A DNA stretch of 63,878 bases, filler included, from Octopus bimaculoides (lineage: Eukaryota), in the NCBI RefSeq assembly GCF_001194135.2. It is 7 parts of 7 records of this genome, joined end to end, with 100 filler letters (N's around TTAATTAATTAA, not from the genome) between each part and the next. Parts side by side here need not be neighbours in the genome. Positions count along the whole stretch, not along the records: positions 23,498 to 52,317 come from NC_069003.1; positions 52,418 to 55,024 come from NC_069005.1; positions 55,125 to 59,773 come from NC_068988.1; positions 59,874 to 61,960 come from NW_026412951.1; 3 more parts are not named here. The stretch is one strand, 5' to 3'. This document shows positions 49,030 through 61,696 of the stretch, piece by piece. Both the position numbers and the translations under genes were made by a program. Each line of letters begins with the position of its first letter. The stretch's first letter is position 1. The notes below the pieces were generated by a model that saw only the letters and a list, made by a program, of their open reading frames with translations, ran no database searches and was not told the origin of the DNA.

Positions 49030-49450
49030 TATAATATACTTTGTGTGTGTGAGTGCACTCCTGTTCATATGTGTGTGTGCTTATGTGAGTGGAGTCCTGC
49101 TCCTGTGTGTGTTTGTATATGTGCTCATGTGTATGTGCATGCGCTCATGTATGTGTGTTTGCTCACATGTGCATGTATGTGTGTGTGTTCATGTATGTGT
49201 ATGTGTGCTCGTGTGAGTGTGTGTGGACTTCTTTTCATATGCGTTTGTGCTCGGGTGTGTGTGTCTGTGTGTCTGTGCTCATGTAGGTGGAGTCCTGCTC
49301 ATATGTGTGTGTGTGTTTGTATATGTGCTCATGTGTGTGTGTGCATGTGCTCATGCATGTGAGTGCGGATGCATGCTCATGTGTATGTGTGTGTGTGTGT
49401 GTGCTCACATGTGCGCATATGTGTATGTGCTCATGTGTGTGTGTGTCTGT
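49030..49450. repeat. (TG)n-derived minisatellite with recurring GCTCAT
   Basis: Repeated GTGTGCTCATGTGT motif. Confidence 0.8.
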
Positions 49451-50359
49451 ATACTTGCAGCATGTGTTAGTCTGTCTGATCTTGCAAAATGTGTGTAATG
49501 TATTCATGTATATGTAAACGCAAGCGTGCTAGTATATGTCTGTATATGCAAGTACAACTACATGTGTGTATGTGTGTGTAATAGCATATCATGTGGCCAC
49601 ATGGGAACATAGGTGTGTAAATGAGAGACAGACAGACAGACTGATTGAAGGAGAGAAAGGCACAGGGGTTAAGTAGGTGTGTTTATACTTATAATAACTG
49701 TGTTAATTTGGAGTAATTACTACTCTAACGATTAAGGCCTAAAAACCACCAACGAAATACAACAAATTCATTTATTTCACTTTCAGACAAAAATAGAGCA
49801 AACAAAGGCTCTCCTAAGCAGTCACTTGACATGGTAGAAACGGCAGTGAAATCAGACCCTACTGCATTTTAAAGGACACATTGGATAATGTAGTCTTAGG
49901 TACACAATGTCTGAATAGATCGGATGGTCTTGGCTGGAGTATCTTTGGTTGTATGTTGGAGCAGAGCTGGCCAGGGGCTAAAGAATGTGGTCAAGGAGTT
50001 TGCTTGTGAAGGTGCAAAGCCAAGTGGTCAGAGATCAAATCCTGATGCTGTGTTGTGTTCTTGAGCAAGACACTTAATTTCTCGCTGCTCCCATCCACTC
50101 AGCTGTCAAAACTGAGTTGTACCTGTATTTCAAAGGGGCCAGCCTTGTCCCTTTCTGTATCATGCTGAATACCCCAGAGAACTACGTCAAGTGGAGTTCT
50201 CAGCCTCTGGCATCTTAATTTCACAAACAGGTTGTTTCCTTGGTTGTCTTGAAGCTATAGCAGAAGACACTAGCCCAGGGTGCCATGTAGTGGGACTGAA
50301 CCTGGAACCATGTGGTTGAGAAGCAAGCTTCTTACCACACAGCCATGCACCTAAGTGAA

Positions 50360-50960
50360 TTAGTAAAGTACAGTGATAAGATGGCATAGTACAGTATGTT
50401 ATGGTATAGTGGCACATTGTTAAGTGTTAAAGTACAAGGCAGTATTGGTAGAAACGTGATATGTGGATAGAGTATACAGCTGGTAGAGTATAATGCTACG
50501 TTGGTAGAGAACAATGCCGTGTTAGTATAGTACAGTGATGTGTTGATAGAGTACAATAGCTTGTTGGCAGAAGGTAGTTGGGTGTTGGTAGAGTACGGTG
50601 GTGTATCAGTACAGTAGTGACATGTTGGTAGAGTACAAGGTTATGTAGAATATTTGTAACAGAGAAACATGCTGAAGCAGGAAAGGAAAGATATAAATCT
50701 TGATGTATGTATTGGTAGAGTACAGTGGTGTGTTTGGGGAGTACAGTCACATATTGGCAGAGTATGATGCTGTGGAAGTATAAGTACAGTGGTAAGTTGA
50801 TGGAGTACAGTGTTAAGTTAATGAAGAACAGTGGCATGTTGGTAGAGTAAGATGTTATATTGTTAGAGTACAGTGCTTGGTAGAGCACATTGCTGTGTTG
50901 GCAGAGTACAGTGGCATGCTGGTAGAACATGGTGATGAATTGGTAGAGTACAGCATTATA
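50360..50960. repeat. Decayed minisatellite, unit about 21 bp (consensus near GTTGGTAGAGTACAGTGGCAT)
   Basis: TAGAGTAC landmark recurs about 20 times. Confidence 0.7.
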
Positions 50961-51767
50961 TAGAATATATGTAATGGAGAGATGTGAAAGGGAAGATGTA
51001 AGATCTCGCAGCAGAGAAGTAAAAAGAGTAAACGAAGAACGAAATGTGAATGAAAAGAGAAAACTGCTTGATGATAATCAAGGAGACAGAAAGGATGACA
51101 GCTTAAACGAGACCCTCAAAGCTATTCTTGGACCCACAGGCAAAATTTCACCTATTTCCAACTTTGAAATTATCCCCTAGTGAAGTCTCATCTGAAAGGA
51201 AACAGTTTCAGCCTTAAGACAACGAAACATTAATTACATATAAATTTGGATAATTAACAATTCATTATTTTTCTCAGAATGCAGCCCTTGACGATGTGTG
51301 GGTGTGGGTGTGATGACACTCTTATGGTAGGAGTGGCGTGAAAGCATTATTTTTCTCAGGACATATGGGGCCCTCCCACCTACACGTACTTACGCACTTG
51401 TAATTAAACCCTTAGTACTAAAAAAAAAAAAAAAAGGTACCCCGCCCCTGTTCTATATGACCACTCATCATGCTAGAAATAGCCACCAAATCTGCCTCAA
51501 ATTTTATTGCACCATTTTAATTAAACACACACACACATATATTAATGTTTGTCTTCATGTTATCATATAAGTTTTACATTAAATTGCAGGATTACACAAT
51601 ACTTTTGATAGAGTACAAATTTATTTATTACTCTTCAACAAGAATATTATTGACAGTGACTTTGAAGTTTCAGCCAGCTAAGCTATCATTGGACTGTGTC
51701 CAACCAGGCCTTCAGGCCTTTCACGACACCCTTAAAGCTAGGAAATTTTCAACACACCCTCACATAT

Positions 51768-51828
<61 letters not shown>

Positions 51829-51852
51829 TAGATATAGATATATATATATACA

Positions 51853-52015
51853 TACATGGGGGAGGGTGCTGAAAAGTTCTTGACTTTGGTTAAAAAAAAT
51901 ACAGTGGGGATCAGTTATGATTTTATTCAATATATTCTCCTCTCAGATTCACACTTATTGCAGCGGTCCTTCAGTTTTTCTAAGTCCTGTAAAAGAAATT
52001 GGAACGTTGGGCCCA
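51853..52015 (-). mobile_element. Mariner-derived MITE, one end
   Basis: TIR-like TACATGGGGGAGGGTGCTGAAAAGTTCTTGACTTT; minus strand FTGLRKLKDRCNKCVNLRGEYIE*. Confidence 0.75.
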
Positions 52016-52050
52016 GCCCATACCTCACACACACACATATATATATATAA

Positions 52051-52317
52051 GGCGTAGGAGTGGCTGTGTGGTAAGTAGCTTGCTTACCAACCACATGGTT
52101 CCGGGTTCAGTCCCACTGTGTAGCACCTTGGACAAGTATCTTCTACTATAGCCTCGGGCCAACCAAAGCCTTATGAGTGGATTTGGTAGATGGAAACTGA
52201 AAGAAGCCCATCGTATATGTGTGTGTGTGTGTGTGTGCTTGTGTGTCTGTGTTTGTCCCCCCAACATCGCTTGACAACCGATGCTGGTGTGTTTATGTCC
52301 CCATAACTTAGCGGTTC
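52051..52317 (+). mobile_element. SINE family A, tail lost in a gap
   Basis: Near-consensus head and CCTTGGACAAGT core. Confidence 0.9.
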
Positions 52318-52507
52318 NNNNNNNNNNNNNNNNNNNNNNNNNNNNNNNNNNNNNNNNNNNNTTAATTAATTAANNNNNNNNNNNNNNNNNNNNNNNNNNN
52401 NNNNNNNNNNNNNNNNNTCTCTCTATCTATCTATCTATCTATCTCTCTCTCTCTCTCTCTCTCCCTCTCTCTTTATATATATATATATATATATATATTG
52501 TCAGTAC

Positions 52508-54605
52508 TTATTTGAAATATCCGATGTTTTCAGTGTGTCCTTTGATTGGTGTATAAATGAAAAGATTTTGGGGACTTCCAACTTGCGAACATCCTACATA
52601 TAACTGTCTTTGAGAGAAGCAAGGAGAAGCAAGGAGAAGCAAGGTGAAGTCCAACAACCTGTCCTTGAGACTTGTTAATTGACGGAACCGTTTAAATTCC
52701 AAGGGGAGGTCATATGGGATTAACAGGATCCATGGAATGAAGACATTCTCACTCAGTCACAATTTTTGCCCCTAGGACATGGGGTCGCATCGCTTTCACC
52801 ACCAGTCTGGTGCCATTGCACAGACGAGGTGGATCCAGATTCCTGAGCAGCATGACCAATCATGCTTTTTAAGTGTTAAGTGGTAGCATCCCAGATGGCT
52901 GTAGAGAATTCAGGAACTCAGTTAGGAAAACTACAGCCTGGTCCTGATCAATGACAGTGTTCAAAGACTGTTCTTGTCCTGGCATCAGCTGCAAGAGATC
53001 TTAGTTGGTTTTATCGACAGCATCATTACGATGGCTCGTTCACAGAGCCATTGATTGTTGCTAAAGTTTTGTGCACTGTTTGGGAGCACATGCATTACCA
53101 CAGGGTAGCCGGTGTTGCTGCATTTAGTTAACATACGGTAGTTGCCCATTCCCTATCTTCAGAAGCTGGTGTGAAAACAGCCCGGCAGTTTGATCACCAA
53201 ATAATTGGACCCTCATGTTAACTCTCAGGTGCAATTTAGTCACTTGCCTCCACAGATAGGATTACTTGAGACAGGCTTGTAGTTCATCTGATTTTGTACC
53301 TTTTGGGATAACAGGAAGGGTTTGTCTGAAATCCCCAGCCAAAACTACAGTGACCCCCACCCATGAGAATATCGTTTCCTCTCAAATCTCTTAGGCTATG
53401 GTCAACAGCTTCAAGCGCTCCACGGTGAGACATGGTGCATTCATCCCAGACAATCAAGCGCGTCTGCTGCAAGACCTTGCCCTTTACTGATGTCTTAGAA
53501 ATATTGCAAATTGGAGTCTCTGTCTTGAAAAGTAGAATGAGCTGTTCGTTCACCTGTCAATAAAGTAGTTGCTATTCCAGAAGACGCTATCGCCAATGCA
53601 ATGCATCCATCTAGACGAACTTTTGCTAACAAAAGGTTTATCAAAAACGTCTTGCCACTAACCCCAGGAGCATTCAAAAAGAATAGGCCACCCTTTTCCT
53701 CCTGAGTCATTTGAATGATGCAATTGTAAGCGGTCCGTCGTTCAGTCAAAAGCTTTGGCTCATTCTCTGTTACATACTCAGAGAGATTGATCATGTTATA
53801 GGATGTCTCCCTTAAAATTTCCTGGTCTGTTCTGGGCTGTTCTCTTATTGGATCTAGCAAGCCATACTCCTGAAAATGTTTTCCTCCAGGCTGAAAGAGT
53901 TTGTCTTCAAGAAGTAGAGCCCATTCTTGATGTTGTCAGTCAGCTGGATTTCGAGATCTTGATTTTTGCCTCTGCAATCTGTTAATAATGTCTTCATAGA
54001 ATGATTCCTGATGATTCTCCCACAGTTGGTGAGGGCTAGAGATGTCGCAAGCCTGAAGAGATTTCACAACTGAAATGTAGAATAGGAAACAACTGCTTCA
54101 TCCAGAGTCGCATTCCCGTGACTTTCATCTTCAAGGAGGCCATGGAAATGGCAAGCCTGTCGGTAAGAGTCACAGACATGACCATTGAAAGTCTTCAGAT
54201 CTAGGAAACTCTTTAGACAACGGACAATGTGCAAAAGGAACCTCATAAAATAACACTCAAAGTTGTTAGGATGCACAGTGAAGACCCTTCCCAATGCTGA
54301 ATGTCTTTTGATTCCTGGATGCCCTTCAATAGTTTGACTAATGGCACATCTCGTCCATTGCTTAGTTCTCTGTTGCCATGTGTAATATTGAGGGACTTCT
54401 TGATACAAAAGAGTCGAAGCAAATGGATCTGTACGACAAAGTTGGAAGAAAGCAGTCAATGTAGTTGAACGTTGAGCTTCAAATTGCCACTGGAGACATT
54501 GTGGATTGTCTGGATTAAAGTATATTCGCTGGCCATTCTCTAGATGTACAGCTAGAGGGATAACAGTTCGATGTCGTTCATGCAGCGGAAAGTTATACAG
54601 ATTTC
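52508..54605 (-). mobile_element. Decayed Helitron RepHel: end of the Rep region plus the complete PIF1-type helicase
   Basis: FPLHERHRTVIPLAVHLENGQRIYF, LLYQEVPQYYTW, LNAPGVSGKT, IVWDECTM, GDFRQT, MLLRNLDPPRLCNGTRL, NKSQGQ, QLYVGCS; many frameshifts. Confidence 0.92.
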
Positions 54606-54636
54606 TCCCCCCCCCCNNNNNNNNNNNNNNNNNNNN

Positions 54637-55024
54637 CCGCGAATTCGGATGATCATAACTTTCAGAAAAATAGATATTTTTTAATGAAATTTTCTCCGAT
54701 TATGTGTTATATCGTGTATATTCCGAATATATAACTTCTTGGGGGTGAAGTGTTTTAGGAGGAGGTGGGGGATTTTCGAAAAATTCACCGGAGTCCACTT
54801 TAAATCATCTTAACTTTCAGGAAAATTGATATTTTTTAATGAAATTGTCTATAAATATACCTCGGACTATGTACATTCCGAGGATATAAGATGTTTAGAG
54901 AAAACAATTGGGGGTTATTTTTGAGAACTGTTCCCCACTCGGGAATGTTTCGGAACACGTCGTCCATATTTATCTCATTTTCTCCGTTTTGTGCCTTTGT
55001 GCATCCGTATATAACCCTTAACCC
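54637..55024. repeat. Unclassified repeat with a ~155-bp internal duplication, ending in TAACCCTTAACCC at a gap
   Basis: TAACTTTCAGxAAAATxGATATTTTTTAATGAAATT at 54656 and 54811. Confidence 0.5.
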
Positions 55025-55993
55025 NNNNNNNNNNNNNNNNNNNNNNNNNNNNNNNNNNNNNNNNNNNNTTAATTAATTAANNNNNNNNNNNNNNNNNNNN
55101 NNNNNNNNNNNNNNNNNNNNNNNNTATATATACATACATATGTGTGCGTGTATGTATGTACGTAGGTATATGTCCGTACATATGTGTGTATGTATGCATG
55201 TATGTATATATGTGCATATGTATGGATGCATTATATGAACGTATGTATGTATTTATGTGTTTATGAATTACGTATTTATTTAGCGTAAGGTTCACTGGGA
55301 AATGCAGAAATCAGAAAGAACTTCAAGTGGCATTTTCGCGATTGTTCCCTTTCCGTAATATTTTTCCTATGACTGTAGAGCCACTGTGAACTTTCATAAA
55401 TTGCACAATGTCTGCAAAAATTGAAACGTAAACCAATCTCGGTATGATACTCCTTGAAGTTCTTCAGATAAACAGGTAACCAACTCCTTTCGCTGGAGGC
55501 CATCAACAAATATTGGAAACTCATCTAGAGATACTTTCAAATAAAAACTAGCCAGAAGAAACGGAGGTCGGATGAGGTCGGGTAAGGCGGTCGAGATTGG
55601 TTGGAGTCGTGTGTCGGCACTTGTCGGTTATATTCGTTTGAGATCGGTTGCGTTGTCTGGGGCGTAAGAAAATTAGTTACTTAAGTATATATTATTTCCA
55701 TATATTTATTGCGATATTATTTTATATTTTTGCTTTCCTTTCTTCTTTCGTTTATATTTTATATATCTATTTATTATTTATTTATTTTTGCTTCTTTAAT
55801 TTTCTTTGTGTATTATTTCTATTCTTTAATTCTCTTTCTTCCTTGTCATTTCAAATTATTCGGTTCTGTCAAATTCTCTCTCTTTCCATCTAGCTATCCC
55901 TATTTCTCTCTCTGTCTCTCTCTGTCTCTCTCTCTCTCTCTCTCCCTCTCTCCCTCTCTCTCAAACTCATATACACATATGCTTCAATATCCT

Positions 55994-56034
<41 letters not shown>

Positions 56035-56213
56035 TTTGCTATCTATACGTCTATCTTTCTATCTATCTCTCTGCCTCTCATTTTGTCTGTCTGTCCGTCT
56101 GTATGTATGTATGGTTGTACATATGCGTGTATGTATGCATGTATGTATATATGTACGTATGTATGCATTATATGAACGTATGTATGTATTTATGTTTGAA
56201 TGCATAAATGTGC

Positions 56214-56319
<106 letters not shown>

Positions 56320-57109
56320 GTGTGTGTGTGTGTGTATGTGTGTGTGTATACATGTGTGTGAGCAAATATATATAAACACGCACACTCGGATAGATGTTTC
56401 GCTCTTTTCTTTTTCTTTTTTCTTTTTTCCTACATATCAGTGTTTGGTACTTTCTTTCGTTGCACATCATCATTAATTCTTTCATTTCTCACTTCTTCTT
56501 GCCCTTTACTTTTGCTTTAACAGATACCCTCTCCCACTCTCTCCGACTCTCCTCTCTATCTCTCTTCTTTTCTCCCCCTTTCGCTCTCTCCCTCCCTCTC
56601 TCACTCTCTCTCTCTCTCCAAAATTCATACCCACACATATGTTGCAGTATATGCTTTATCACAGCAACGCACAAGATATAGCAAAATGATGGACAACAAC
56701 GAATTGGAAATTTCTCTTAAGGGAAGAAATATCGCACAAGCAGATGGGATTTTCTGAATACAGAATAATTTGTCACTGAGAAAAATTCGGAAAGGGGACA
56801 GAGAAAGAGAAATTAGAAAAGAACAGCACACACACACACACACACGCACACACACACGCGCGCGCGCACGCACACACGTGTATACACACTCATACAGACG
56901 GACACGCACGCGAACACAATCACACGCATACACAGGCACATGATATGTCACATAATATATAGATATACGCTTATATACGTATATAGATGTTTAGTAGGAT
57001 AATAGGGCAACGCCGTTAGTAGGATAGGTGAGGAGGAAGAAGAAAGGAAATAAAATAGAATAAAACACAATCAAATTTGATAAAAGGAGGAAGGTGAATT
57101 GATACACAG

Positions 57110-57126
57110 ATAGGTAGACAGAGAGG

Positions 57127-57162
<36 letters not shown>

Positions 57163-57199
57163 TAGACAGACAGACAGATAGACAGACAGACAGACAGAC

Positions 57200-57257
<58 letters not shown>

Positions 57258-57381
57258 GCAGACAGACAGACAGACAGACAGACAGACAGGTTATTTGGTA
57301 GATATATAGACACACAGACAGACAGATAGATAAATAGAGAGACAGATAGACAGACAGCGAGACAAACAGATTGATTGGTAG

Positions 57382-57431
<50 letters not shown>

Positions 57432-57450
57432 ATAAATAGCCAGACAGACA

Positions 57451-57491
<41 letters not shown>

Positions 57492-57540
57492 ACAGGCAGA
57501 CAGGCAGGCAGGCAGACCGACAGACAGACAGACAGACAGA
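57110..57540. repeat. Compound (AGAC/AGAT/AGGC)n tetranucleotide repeats
   Basis: Direct reading. Confidence 0.95.
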
Positions 57541-59731
57541 CGAACCACATGGATTTAGAGATTTAAATCAAAGTGTAAAGATTTAGTGTAATTAGTGTAA
57601 CAGAAACAGATTATTTGTCAAAGCCGTGCCCGTGTGGCAGGCACAGTGAAAGACACCTACAACATCGTTGGCTGTTTCGTTTCTACAGACAAAATCTTTC
57701 GCTTCAGAATCAGCATCCTGGAAATATTTGTACATCTCTAACCGAGCTATCATTACAGACGATGAATGACCACCGTTAAGAATGATACTATCAGCTACAC
57801 ATCTTTAACGCGTTATTAACAATAATAGCATAATAATTTGATTACCAGTATTGGAAGCTTCAAGTTGTAGCTTGATCTAAAAGTATTAGTAGCCTCATAT
57901 TCCTCAATTAATTCTTCTTAATGAACGATACATGGCACCATGTAATTTTGGTTATACAAAAAGACAAGATGATTAAAATGACTACTCCGTCGTCACTGGT
58001 ATAGGAAAACGGTGATTGAAGAATCACTGATGTTGCAATGCGCAGAGGGATTGAATAAAAATTCATTAATTGTATCTCTTGCTTTCTTTTTTTACAATGT
58101 ATTTTCATTAAATATGATACACAGATGACTGTCTTAATTGAATACCACCTCTGTCGTATATAACGGATTTTTATTACAACTCCAGAGAATAGTCAATCTC
58201 TCTTTTCCTATATCAGTACGGACCAATTTTGATTTAGCATGCGATTGGCAGTGAGTACATGTTTCTGACAAAGTCCAACGAAATAGGATTGAGCATCTCG
58301 CATTCTGAAAGCTGCTGCTAGATGAATCTCGTCTGCTATTAATATATTTGTATTGTTAAACAAAGCATGTCGATAAAATATTAGTTCCGGACGAAGATAG
58401 CAGTAAATATGCTTGCATTTTAGCGTTGTGATTACATTAAGTGTGATACACACCTTGCTATTTAAATAGTTTTTTTTTTCTGTTGCATAAAACGGATATA
58501 CACATATCTCTGTACAGTTAGCATGTATAACTCGCGTTATGGTTACCTCAGATCCGGGACAGATACCACGCTGCAAGCCCAATACAGAAGATTCAACGTC
58601 GTATACCGATGCACAAGAAATAATTTTTGCCTCTTTTAATGGAGACAAAAGGGTTTATAAGACTGCAAAAAAGAAGTGCTCAAATGAAATTGAGACAGAG
58701 ATAAAATAAAAAATATTGATTAGAGAACAAATGTCAAATTCGAGTCAGCGACTTTATATAATACCACGCTTCCATACATTTGATCATATATAAATATTAC
58801 CATGCCTTTAACATATAAAAAGAATACATATATAAAAAATACAGAAGATAAAAAATATATATGCAAAAAAATACAAATATATAGCACGGCCGATGAAGAA
58901 GATATATACAATCGACTAAAAATTCTAAAGCGTGTCATTCGACTAAAAGCCTAAATAAAATATAAGTCGACTAAAAAAGTGTTTATTTACTCCCCTCAAT
59001 AAAAAATATGTAAAAAGAAAATGTCAAAAAGTTCATTTCATAAAAGCCATTTCGGGAGTTCACCGCTGCGGTTCGATTACGAGTTAAGGTGCACCTCGGC
59101 AATGACCTCCTCATCAGGATGAACAAGAATCTCAAGAATTAGTCGTTCACAGGAGTTGAAAATAGATACAAAACGGATGCATACCTAATTTTAAGATAAT
59201 AATCTAACGCAGGACCAGTCCAAATTTTCTAACACGCACAAAAAAATTATCGTATTTCATTGTTAAACATGTAGGTGGCTGCTAATCATAGGAATTTTTA
59301 CTATCCGGTTTCAAGACCCAGTAACACTAAATATTATTTACCGCTAAATATTATTATTTAGTTTTACTTCTATAGGCTTTCAGAAAAGTAGAAGAAAACT
59401 TATGGTTGCAAAAAGGGATCACCTCTGTAAATGCATTTAATGTTTTAGGCCTAAAGGACCTAAGGATGGCAAAAGATTCCCTTATACGCAACTTACACTT
59501 GCTAATATTAACTCTCAAATAAGGGGCCCTCGAGATAACAGACCATTCAAGAGTAACTTTTTAATTCCTCTTTAAACGATGTTTAAAGAGGCAAGTGTAG
59601 TGTAGTTTCATGTGGGCCCTATATCTCGCTTTATAATTTACAGTTCTGCCTATGTAAAACCTATCCAAATTACCCTCCTCTTTAACAACGCATTTATATA
59701 TAGCATTAGTAGTCAGAAAGAATCCGTCAAG

Positions 59732-59773
<42 letters not shown>

Positions 59774-59873
59774 NNNNNNNNNNNNNNNNNNNNNNNNNNN
59801 NNNNNNNNNNNNNNNNNTTAATTAATTAANNNNNNNNNNNNNNNNNNNNNNNNNNNNNNNNNNNNNNNNNNNN

Positions 59874-59910
<37 letters not shown>

Positions 59911-59914
59911 GTAT

Positions 59915-60105
59915 CTGTGTCTCCCCAACATCACTTGACAACCGATGCTGGTGTGTTTACGCACCCGCAACTTAGCGTTTCGGCAAAAGGAGACCGATAG
60001 AATAAGTACTAGGCTTACAAAGGATAAACCCTGGGGTCGATTTGCTCGACTAAAAGGCGGTACTCCAGCGTGGCCGCAGTCAAATAATGACTGAAACAAG
60101 TACAA
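59915..60105 (+). mobile_element. SINE family A, 3' half
   Basis: CTTGACAACCGATGCTGGTG...GACTGAAACAAGTA. Confidence 0.85.
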
Positions 60106-60459
60106 GAAAAACCACGAAATTTAACCGGAACACTCCGTACGATTCATGCAAATTTCTATCTCCCCGAACATGGATGAATATACGCATGTTTAACGGAAAG
60201 CGCGAACGTTTTTATTCATACACAAATGTATGTATGTACAAGCCTATGTATACACAACTACGCATTGTGTATCTACAACAATTATATGCACACTTCCTGA
60301 ATGTTTTACATGGTCTTTTTACATTGTTTCAAACGATGTGTGACTTGTTGTTCCTTAATTAACCGTACCCATCCTGTTTGCATATGTATATGTATGTGTA
60401 CGCGCATTTCTATGCACTGTTGCATGGATGTATGTATATATATACGCGTGTATATTTGG

Positions 60460-60493
<34 letters not shown>

Positions 60494-60556
60494 AAAATGG
60501 AGTTATTAGTGAGAGATTATCAATGCAAACAAAATACTTTATAAGCTCTTAGTTAG

Positions 60557-60760
60557 TTGCTGTTGGCACTCCATCGCTTAGGACGTCGAGGGTTCCAGTT
60601 GATCCGATCAACGGAACAGCCTGCTCGCACTCCACAGACACGTGTACCCTTAACGTAGTTCTCGGGGATATTTCAGCGTGACACAGTGTGACAAGGCTGA
60701 CCCCCTTTGAATTACAGGCACAACAGAAACAGGAAGTAAGAGTGAGAGAAAGTTGTGGTG
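60557..60760 (-). mobile_element. SINE family C, 3' half (head lost in a gap)
   Basis: Reverse complement of 9580-9807. Confidence 0.85.
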
Positions 60761-61661
60761 NNNNNNNNNNNNNNNNNNNNNNNNNNNNNNNNNNNNNNNN
60801 NNNNNNNNNNNNNNNNNNNNNNNNNNNNNNNNNNNNNNNNNNNNNNNNNNNNNNNNNNNNNNNNNNNNNNNNNNNNNNNNNNNNNNNNNNNNNNNNNNNN
60901 NNNNNNNNNNNNNNNNNNNNNNNNNNNNNNNNNNNNNNNNNNNNNNNNNNNNNNNNNNNNNNNNNNNNNNNNNNNNNNNNNNNNNNNNNNNNNNNNNNNN
61001 NNNNNNNNNNNNNNNNNNNNNNNNNNNNNNNNNNNNNNNNNNNNNNNNNNNNNNNNNNNNNNNNNNNNNNNNNNNNNNNNNNNNNNNNNNNNNNNNNNNN
61101 NNNNNNNNNNNNNNNNNNNNNNNNNNNNNNNNNNNNNNNNNNNNNNNNNNNNNNNNNNNNNNNNNNNNNNNNNNNNNNNNNNNNNNNNNNNNNNNNNNNN
61201 NNNNNNNNNNNNNNNNNNNNNNNNNNNNNNNNNNNNNNNNNNNNNNNNNNNNNNNNNNNNNNNNNNNNNNNNNNNNNNNNNNNNNNNNNNNNNNNNNNNN
61301 NNNNNNNNNNNNNNNNNNNNNNNNNNNNNNNNNNNNNNNNNNNNNNNNNNNNNNNNNNNNNNNNNNNNNNNNNNNNNNNNNNNNNNNNNNNNNNNNNNNN
61401 NNNNNNNNNNNNNNNNNNNNNNNNNNNNNNNNNNNNNNNNNNNNNNNNNNNNNNNNNNNNNNNNNNNNNNNNNNNNNNNNNNNNNNNNNNNNNNNNNNNN
61501 NNNNNNNNNNNNNNNNNNNNNNNNNNNNNNNNNNNNNNNNNNNNNNNNNNNNNNNNNNNNNNNNNNNNNNTACACATATATATACACATACATATATATA
61601 CACACACACACACACATATATATATATACAATCATACGTACATATACATAGATACACACGT

Positions 61662-61696
<35 letters not shown>

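Noticed and set aside
53284-53860. Host PIF1 helicase gene
   Set aside because: Colinear with Helitron Rep motifs, intron-less and frameshifted.
58208-58648. 146-aa ORF with ILIADEIH as a DEAH-box helicase
   Set aside because: No Walker A or other helicase motifs, and it spans AT-rich intron-like sequence; likely chance.
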